Origin: a virus
Lineage: Duplodnaviria; Caudoviricetes
Strand: one strand, 5' to 3'
IMG/VR virus record: IMGVR_UViG_3300021124_000025
Span: 1 to 31,378 of that record
DNA length: 31,378 nt
In this document: in pieces, positions 25,601 through 31,378 of the stretch
Layout of the letters: each line of letters starts with the position of its first letter
Position numbering within the stretch: the stretch's first letter is position 1
The notes under the pieces: model-generated
Databases searched by the model: none
The model's input: the letters and a program-made list of their open reading frames with translations, nothing else
Told to the model about the DNA's origin: nothing
Made by a program: the position numbers and the translations under genes

Positions 25601-27552
25601 TTGGGGTGACCGCCTCTCAGGTCTCGACCCTCAACAGTGCGGTGTTGTCGAGCATTGGGGGCGGCGGCAGCTTACAATCCCAGGTCTCCGCGCTGAATTC
25701 GGGGTTGGCTGGCATCCCCGGCACCTATGCGGCGATCACCAGCCTCAACAACACCAGCACGACCGCCGGCGCGGCGGTGGCGGCGGCCGCTGCGACTGTC
25801 GTGGCCGCCAACACCAATGGCTATGCCACGATCACCACAATCAATTCGACCATTGCCGGAGCGACGGGAACCGGGGCGACATCCCTGACGGCGCTGGCGA
25901 CTGCGGTCGGTGCCCAGGGCGGAAACATTTCGACGCTCTCGTCCTCAGTCACCAGTCTGGCGGGGATCACGACGACTCAGTATGGCGTGACCCTCACAAA
26001 CATCGGCTCGGGCGGCGTTCAGGCGGTCAGCGGATTCCAGCTGTTGAATGGTGGATCATCGTCCAGCTCCTTTAACGTCAATGCCGACGCATTCAATATT
26101 TACTCTGCGACCTATCCGCTCGCCGCTGCGTTCGCGATCGGCTATGACGGCACCATCGGTGCCCACGGCGCAATGGTGGTCACCAGCGCGGGTATCGGGA
26201 CGGCAGCGGTCCAAACACACCATGTCGGCGCAAATCAGATCAACAGTTCCCACATCGCCAGCATCAGTGCTTCGGTTATTAACGGCTTGACACTTATTGG
26301 CAACACCATCGAAACCGCTGCGTCGGGGGCTCGCACCGTAATCAGCGCAACGAACAACGCGCTAACCAGCTATGACTCCGGCGGTAACATAGTTGCACAG
26401 GTCGGAAGTGGAACAGGGTGGGCGGCTGGACAGTTTTGGGTGCCAAGCGGAAATCCCGGTGGTTTAATTTCCTCGTTAAATGCCTTCAGCCAGGTTTCGA
26501 CAGTGCCAGCGTTGAACGTCGGCGGCTGGATTCAGATGCAGATGCAGGGGGGCGTCAATAAAATCACGGACATGTCTGGTAATGCCACCATCTCTCTGGG
26601 TGGTCAGGCATCGTTCGGCTCTTTGGTCCTACCCGGTACGACGACAGCAAACATAACCGGCGCGTATAACATCACGGCATCGAACAACATCGCCGCCGGG
26701 TATTTTTCATCATCAGGGATCTCATCGTTCTCACAGGTCGATTTCTCCTATCTTGCATCCTATCTGGGCTATGTCTCGCCGGACCCGTACATCGCCTACG
26801 ACACAACCGGTCATGTTATCACGGTGCACGGCGCCTCATCCTCTGCCGGGTACTCGTTTCAGGTGCTTGGGCAGTCTGGAAAACATGCCTTCATGGGGCA
26901 GGCGTTCAATACGGCGGGAACGGCAGCGGTCGGCGCCGGAATGGTGGGATTCTATGTCAGCGACACCTCCGGGTACGCCTTCAAAGCTATGGCGGGAACG
27001 GCGGGGCCGTTCACCGGCTCTCATGATGCCCTGATCCTCAAAACCGACACGCCGCCCGTTCTTGGGGACATCGTTGTTGGAACGAGCATCGTCAAACATG
27101 GCGACATCTCAAATACCGTCGCCCAGATTACAAGATCTGTGACGCCCAATGACAAAAGGGCGATCGGGGTGTTTGTCTCGTCGTCCGGACTGACCGACCA
27201 GAACGTTCCGGTCCCATATCTGGCCCCGATAACAGTAACGTCGATCGCTCCGGATGGAACCGAAAGTACGACAACAAAATTTGTCGTGACCGACGATTAT
27301 ACATCCATCGAAGCGACCTACAACGTCTGCCTCATCAACGCGTTGGGTGAAGGTCAGATCAACGTCGTCGGAGAAGGTGGGGACATCGCCATCGGCGATC
27401 TGATTGTCACCTCCAGTACTCCTGGTAACGGCATGAAACAGGCCGATGACATCGTGCGGAACTACACCGTCGCGAAAGCCCGTGAGGCTGTGAGTTTCGG
27501 GGGTACGACGACTGTACCGCAGATGATCGCCTGCATTTATGTCTGCGGCTAG
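22687..27552 (+). CDS. Central tail fibre / host-specificity protein with FN3 domain and C-terminal intramolecular chaperone-like domain
   Basis: TSAYGLPIPLYFG, GLCEGPI, WGGCNVWLS.DG, LRRGQHGS, YVKFQSFN; FN3 about 24868-25152; C-terminal FTGSH...LGEGQINV...GDLIVTS..PG.GMKQ. Confidence 0.88.
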   Translation: MSGIFGGGQKNTPPSYTSLALNTSAYGLPIPLYFGCTRAAPNLLWDQNFQSIAHQSSSGGKGGGATVSNYTYTSDIICGLCEGPITGINNIWISGNDSSSTLAAQGMGLALGNYGQAPWSYLAATYANQAVPYSGIAYTYSEAYNLGQSASLPNWGMEIQGFLYGTAPNGMDADPSQVIAGLLTNPHWGGGFPSNRFGTLAVASEVHTIPPAAPYQVTVNESSIYAWNLDVTFLGVPLTCVPGAPGPGQYSQNGAGLYTFNSGGGTVTINYATRTPALPAYQAYTLSQGLWISPGYTSQTALASMLTDIATFTNSRLVFSSGVLTVVPNGTVNITGNGYTYTAPSAPVVSFTEDDFLPNQGSASSSVTDDPVLLTHLRPADQYNDIQIEVLDRNNQYSASICEVPDSALMNKFGRRSQGVQAAHLFSDVVAGNTSVQLLLQRQHIQNKFSHTADIRFSFLDPADVVALTEPDMYLSDQWAAILEIQENDDGTLSFITEEFPTGTGAAATYVVNNSTAIQQNYNAPSPDINTPIIFCPPVAICPSNGLEVWAAVSGLSSSWGGCNVWLSLDGSSYRLAETLNGASRMGVTTSALPIGADPDTTNSVGVNLSVSNGELAGGTAADANQLVTLCYLDGEFISYQSATLTSANNYTLGTLLRRGQHGSAPAAHAINSPFARLDENIAKIQINSLQVGQTVYVKFQSFNLFGGGVLPLSSLTVYPFTIEGAPNNYLVSSIAAAPGFQSVNLTWLNPPNALTALAAVEVWRNTANDITTATHIGDTAHQSAVYVDSGLTTGTAYYYWVRVRDIASNEGPWSESVSATPIQVAANDIATSAVAGAVADANSIQNNFVFAGPTGSVMQAAQPISAISVSTPEGTGVVDVTALAFESGSVPGFVANLATTVATNYLDKASAAATYLTQTDATATYATASSLASLSSIYLGISTASATYLTQTTAAATYATASSLVSLASSFGVTASQVSTLNSAVLSSIGGGGSLQSQVSALNSGLAGIPGTYAAITSLNNTSTTAGAAVAAAAATVVAANTNGYATITTINSTIAGATGTGATSLTALATAVGAQGGNISTLSSSVTSLAGITTTQYGVTLTNIGSGGVQAVSGFQLLNGGSSSSSFNVNADAFNIYSATYPLAAAFAIGYDGTIGAHGAMVVTSAGIGTAAVQTHHVGANQINSSHIASISASVINGLTLIGNTIETAASGARTVISATNNALTSYDSGGNIVAQVGSGTGWAAGQFWVPSGNPGGLISSLNAFSQVSTVPALNVGGWIQMQMQGGVNKITDMSGNATISLGGQASFGSLVLPGTTTANITGAYNITASNNIAAGYFSSSGISSFSQVDFSYLASYLGYVSPDPYIAYDTTGHVITVHGASSSAGYSFQVLGQSGKHAFMGQAFNTAGTAAVGAGMVGFYVSDTSGYAFKAMAGTAGPFTGSHDALILKTDTPPVLGDIVVGTSIVKHGDISNTVAQITRSVTPNDKRAIGVFVSSSGLTDQNVPVPYLAPITVTSIAPDGTESTTTKFVVTDDYTSIEATYNVCLINALGEGQINVVGEGGDIAIGDLIVTSSTPGNGMKQADDIVRNYTVAKAREAVSFGGTTTVPQMIACIYVCG
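25402..25599 (+). repeat. 99-bp (33 aa) tandem duplication within the central fibre
   Basis: YLDKASAAAT-YLTQTDATAT-YATASSLASLSSI followed by YLGISTASAT-YLTQTTAAAT-YATASSLVSLASS. Confidence 0.85.
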
Positions 27553-27567
27553 AGAGGTTTTTTGATC

Positions 27568-28200
27568 ATGGGACTGCACAACCTCGCATCAATGACGACG
27601 CCAACGATTGGTACCGGCGTCATCACGCTCGGCTCTGCGACAACCGGGGCGCTAACGTTTGCCGCCGCCGGTGTCGTCAACGGTGAGACCGTGAGCTATG
27701 CCATTCGGGACGGCAACAATACCGAGTGCGGAACGGGCGTCTATTCCTCCGCTGGCACAACCCTGACCCGATCTCCGGTGAACTCGTCCAGTGGTGGCGC
27801 CCCCATCAATTTGAGCGGGTCCGCCGTGGTATTCCTGGTGACGCTGGCTTCGGACGTCGTGACCCCGGCCCTGTTGGCCGGCGGCACACTGCCCATTGGC
27901 GCGTCCAATATCGTTGAATCGTACAGCAAACTCGTTCCAACGACGGGCTTCGCAATCACGCTGGCGGCACGGCGGACGATTCTCAACCCGGCAGCCACCC
28001 TTGCGGCAGGCACAATCACGATGCCGCCGACGCCTGTGGATGGGCAGGTTTGCACGGTCACATCGACAAAACAGGTGACCGCCCTGACCGTCAGCCCAAA
28101 TAGCGGGCAAGCCGTCGTCTGTGCGCCGACCTTTCTGTCGGCCGGCACTCCGTTTTCGATGCTGTTCCAGGCGTCATCAAACACATGGTTTCCAACATGA
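27568..28200 (+). CDS. Short tail fibre/adaptor protein
   Basis: N-terminus NLASMTT.T.GTG.ITLGSA...ECGTGVY...TLTR...INLSGSA resembles fibre-anchor domains of alphaproteobacterial phages. Confidence 0.7.
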   Translation: MGLHNLASMTTPTIGTGVITLGSATTGALTFAAAGVVNGETVSYAIRDGNNTECGTGVYSSAGTTLTRSPVNSSSGGAPINLSGSAVVFLVTLASDVVTPALLAGGTLPIGASNIVESYSKLVPTTGFAITLAARRTILNPAATLAAGTITMPPTPVDGQVCTVTSTKQVTALTVSPNSGQAVVCAPTFLSAGTPFSMLFQASSNTWFPT

Positions 28201-28214
28201 TGAAGGTTCGCGAA

Positions 28215-31200
28215 ATGCAGAAATTGATTGCTGCCGGCGCATTGGCGCTTATGCTGCCTTGCGCCGAGGTCTCGGGGCAGGTTGGCAATGTGAGTTGCCT
28301 CGGTCTGCCCGCGCTGACCGGCGACACAACAACAACGGCGGGCAACTGCGCGACCAGCACAACCAAAACCGGCGGCGTCTCGTTCGCCCCATCTGCCACG
28401 ACGGACACGACAAACGCCGTCAACATCACAAGCGGAACGCTGCCGGCTACCCGTTTGCCGACCCCCACGGCATCCAGCCTGGGCGGCATCGAGAGTGTCA
28501 CCAACGCGAGCCATCAGTGGCTCTCCTATATTGACACCTCCGGTGTGCCACATCTTTCCCAACCGGCTTTTGCCGATCTTTCCGGCGCGATCGCCTCCGG
28601 CCAGGTCTCCGGGTTGTACACCGGCATAACCGGTGTCGGAACTCTGACGGTTGGCATTTGGAATGGTTCAGTGATTGGATCGTCCTACGGTGGCGCCGGG
28701 ACAACCAGCGGCATTATGAAAGCGAATGGCGCCGGGGCTGTGTCTGCCGCCGCGAGCGGCACGGATTACGCGCCTCCAACATCCGGATCCGCAATTCTGA
28801 AGGGGAATGGTTCAGGTGGGTTCAATTCCGCCACCGCAGGAACCGATTATCTGTCGCCGACAGGCAGCGGGGCGTCACTGACGGGAATTCTCTGGTCGCA
28901 GATAGGGTCTGCACCAACGACGCTATCTGGCTACGGAATAGCATCGCCCCTCCCTGCTAATCAAGGTGGCACCGGGGAGGCTGGCACTGTCACAGGTGCG
29001 TTGAAAGGTAACGGTACCAGTCCCGTTACACAGGCGGGCTGCGCTGACTTATCAAACGGAGCAACCGGGTGCTCTACGGTGGTTGGGACAGCCGCAACCG
29101 CAAATACGGGGTCCAGCGGCTTAACCGTTCCATACCTGAACGGGAATAACACTTACTCAGGAACTTCCAATTTCACGGGAACATTTCAGGTCGGTGGAAA
29201 CGTAATGACGTTCCCAGGTTCTCCGGCCGCATTGCTCGCAACGAATGGAAGTGGTGCATCGCTCACAGGGCTCACCTGGTCGCAGATCGGGTCGACGCCG
29301 ACGACATTGAGCGGATATGGTGTCGGCAGCGTCCCCAACGGCAATCTGGCCTCCCAGACAGCTAACACTGTTCTTGGGGCTCTGACAGCGACCACGCCAT
29401 CCGGCCTGTCGGTGCCGCCTTGCTCTGGCGCAACGAACGCCCTGACATGGACATCTGGGACTGGCTTTGGCTGCAACACTATCTCAGCGGGGGCCACGCT
29501 TGGGGCTAATACGTTTACTGGAAAGCAGACCACAGCAGCTTCAGCCACAGGTGGGGCTGGATTCAATCTACCGGCAGGCACAGCCCCAACCTCACCAGTA
29601 AATGGTGATGTGTGGACAACTTCCGCAGGTATGTACGCCCAGATTAATGGCGCAACGGTAGGCCCGTTTGGATCGGGTGGGAGTATAAGCTATCCAACAA
29701 CCGCCCCTTCAGGCTCATCTTCAGCGCCTGCTTATTCCTTTTCCTCATATACAGGCGAGGGGATGTGGGACAATTCTGGTGTCTTGACTTTGCAGGGCTG
29801 GACCTCCGCATCTCCAGTCCCTTCTGGGGCTATAACTATAGTCAGTGGCACCAATTCAAGTACAGGAGCGACTGGAAATATCAACATTGCAAGCGGTGCC
29901 CAGAGCGGTGCTTCTGGCACAGGGGTATCAGGCAATGTTTCAATTACCACAGGGGCATCATCCCTTGGTAACACCGGAGCCGTCACGATTAACACGGCTT
30001 CTCCGACAACAACCAGTTTAAGCGCCGGATCAATCACTGTTCAGCCTGGAACTACGGCTACGGGGTCCGGCGCGACGACGAATATTTATAGTGGTGCCTC
30101 TTCGGGCACAGCAACCTCTGGGCAGGTCAACATTTCAAGTGGCGCGAACAGCAGTTCCGGTGGCACTGGAAACGTGGTTATTACTACGGGGACGTCAACG
30201 TCCGGCGGCACGGGAGCTGTAAACATCTTGACCGGCACCCCAACGAGTACCTCTCAGTCTCCGGGTAGTATTCAGTTCACCCCAGGATCGACCGCTACCG
30301 GAACAGCGGCATTTACAACAATCTATGCCGGATCATCTACAGGAACAGCAACGGCTGGACAGTTGTCGCTCCAGGGAGGATCAAACTCCTACGCTGGGGC
30401 GGGTACGGCTGGGGCGGTGCTCGTTGCAGGTGGAGGACAATTAATCGGGTCCGGTAGCGGAAATGGCGGAGCGGCCAGCGTAACCGGAGGGGGTGTCGCG
30501 GGGTCGGGGACCGGAGGTGCGGTGACAATAGCCTCTGGATCCAGCTCAGGCACGGGTACCTCTGGCACAGTCACAATCAAAAGTGGAACCTCGATAAGTG
30601 GGTCCACCGGGCCAATAGCCATAAGCACATCAAACGCGGCGTCAAATAAGACCGCTGGATCTATTACGATCTCAGTCGGCTCATCCACCGGAGTATCCGG
30701 GACGGCTGGTACAATAAGTCTGACTTCTGGATCGTCGGCTAGTGTTGCTGGGGGCGGGATTACACTTACAGCGGGTACCGGAGGTACTGGCGGGGGTGCC
30801 GTAGGCATCACAGGTGGTTCTGGCGGAAGTAGCACAGGGGGGACCGTTACGCTGACGGGGGGAGCCAACACAGGCGTTTCAAACGCCGGGGGGGTAAAAC
30901 TTCAAGGTGGAAATGCTAGCGGCATAGGTGGTAACGGAGGTTCGGTCACCCTTCAACCCGGCACATCCTCCTCCGGAACAGCCGGGAACGTCGCCTTTGC
31001 CAGTGCGACAGGAACAACCATGTTTACTGTAAATGCCTCTGGAGCCATTCACGCAGTGACCACTGTAGGAGCATTGCCGACCTGTAATGCTGGTGCTCAG
31101 GGGGCTGTTTGGGTGGTGACCGACGCCAGTTCCCCGACATGGAATGCCACGCTGACGGGGGGTAGTTCCACGGTTTGTTTGGCGGTTTGTAACGGCACAA

Positions 31201-31217
31201 ATTGGACGGCCCATTGA
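28215..31217 (+). CDS. Gly/Ser/Thr-rich fibre/adhesin-like protein with putative signal peptide
   Basis: AAGGT RBS then MQKLIAAGALALMLPCAEVSG-Q; PTTLSGYG fibre motifs; long beta-solenoid-like repeats. Alternative coupled ATG at 28197. Confidence 0.8.
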   Translation: MQKLIAAGALALMLPCAEVSGQVGNVSCLGLPALTGDTTTTAGNCATSTTKTGGVSFAPSATTDTTNAVNITSGTLPATRLPTPTASSLGGIESVTNASHQWLSYIDTSGVPHLSQPAFADLSGAIASGQVSGLYTGITGVGTLTVGIWNGSVIGSSYGGAGTTSGIMKANGAGAVSAAASGTDYAPPTSGSAILKGNGSGGFNSATAGTDYLSPTGSGASLTGILWSQIGSAPTTLSGYGIASPLPANQGGTGEAGTVTGALKGNGTSPVTQAGCADLSNGATGCSTVVGTAATANTGSSGLTVPYLNGNNTYSGTSNFTGTFQVGGNVMTFPGSPAALLATNGSGASLTGLTWSQIGSTPTTLSGYGVGSVPNGNLASQTANTVLGALTATTPSGLSVPPCSGATNALTWTSGTGFGCNTISAGATLGANTFTGKQTTAASATGGAGFNLPAGTAPTSPVNGDVWTTSAGMYAQINGATVGPFGSGGSISYPTTAPSGSSSAPAYSFSSYTGEGMWDNSGVLTLQGWTSASPVPSGAITIVSGTNSSTGATGNINIASGAQSGASGTGVSGNVSITTGASSLGNTGAVTINTASPTTTSLSAGSITVQPGTTATGSGATTNIYSGASSGTATSGQVNISSGANSSSGGTGNVVITTGTSTSGGTGAVNILTGTPTSTSQSPGSIQFTPGSTATGTAAFTTIYAGSSTGTATAGQLSLQGGSNSYAGAGTAGAVLVAGGGQLIGSGSGNGGAASVTGGGVAGSGTGGAVTIASGSSSGTGTSGTVTIKSGTSISGSTGPIAISTSNAASNKTAGSITISVGSSTGVSGTAGTISLTSGSSASVAGGGITLTAGTGGTGGGAVGITGGSGGSSTGGTVTLTGGANTGVSNAGGVKLQGGNASGIGGNGGSVTLQPGTSSSGTAGNVAFASATGTTMFTVNASGAIHAVTTVGALPTCNAGAQGAVWVVTDASSPTWNATLTGGSSTVCLAVCNGTNWTAH
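28863..29324 (+). repeat. Dispersed 26-aa repeat (28863-28940 and 29247-29324)
   Basis: GSGASLTGILWSQIGSAPTTLSGYGI versus GSGASLTGLTWSQIGSTPTTLSGYGV. Confidence 0.9.
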
Positions 31218-31344
31218 GGTTAATTTCGTGCCTATCCGCTTAACGCACACACCTACTAGATATTGCGGCCTGAAAACTGCGCCCCTGACACCAATGCCAC
31301 ACGTTCCTCAGCAGAAAATGTGAGGTCAGTTTTGGGGTACAGGA

Positions 31345-31367
31345 TGACAAATGTCCGTCTAAAAATG
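31345..31367 (+). promoter_or_regulatory. Putative activator-binding dyad (copy 3), for a gene beyond the window
   Basis: TGACA-AA-TGTCC-GTCTAAAAATG, resembling GGGCAAATGTCCGGGTTCTGAAAAATG at 2499. Confidence 0.55.
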
Positions 31368-31378
31368 ATCGCCGATCT

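Larger units (their letters stand above)
14..31378 (+). mobile_element. Mu-like (transposable-type) prophage/phage segment with siphovirus morphogenesis genes; both ends lie outside the window
   Basis: Unbroken co-oriented gene run with many ATGA/GTGA overlaps: GemA, Mor-like, lysis, gp25-gp28-like, portal, protease, capsid, neck, tail tube, tape measure, tail tip, fibres. Confidence 0.95.

Noticed and set aside
20123-27552. Gene transfer agent
   Set aside because: The tail tip is GTA-like, but the Mu-type regulators, terminases and own lysis cluster indicate a phage.
22687-31378. Diversity-generating retroelement or invertible fibre cassette
   Set aside because: No reverse transcriptase, invertase, adenine-specific repeat pair or inverted fibre copy seen; the repeats differ at synonymous positions of all bases.
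1-31378. CRISPR array, tRNA, rRNA, integrase or transposase
   Set aside because: No regularly spaced repeats, RNA gene signatures or recombinase motifs were seen.

Overview
The whole window is one co-directional (+ strand), tightly packed phage/prophage region, GC-rich, most likely from an alphaproteobacterium (inferred from gene families and composition). The left part is Mu-like: a ParB-like gene, an internally deleted DUF5131 gene, GemA, a Mor/C-type activator, a lysis cluster, a TraR/DksA zinc finger, gp25/gp26-like genes and Mu-type small and large terminases. The head module is not Mu-like: an HK97-type portal fused to a gpF/SPP1-gp7 domain, an HK97-type protease-scaffold, and a ~508 aa capsid protein with an inserted beta domain. 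A long non-contractile tail follows, ending in a GTA/lambdoid-type tip (DUF2460, DUF2163, NlpC/P60, a 1.6 kaa central fibre) and two fibre-like genes. Transposase, repressor and element ends are not in the window. The most notable signals are: (1) a three-copy dyad motif placed where Mu has its C-activated late promoters; (2) a hairpin hiding the endolysin RBS; (3) a recurring M-x-K-A motif at head-protein domain boundaries; (4) a nested-stem intergenic region that could be a structured RNA; (5) a ~1000 aa fibre-like protein with an apparent Sec signal peptide and paired cysteines. All family assignments come from motif recognition by eye; no searches were run.
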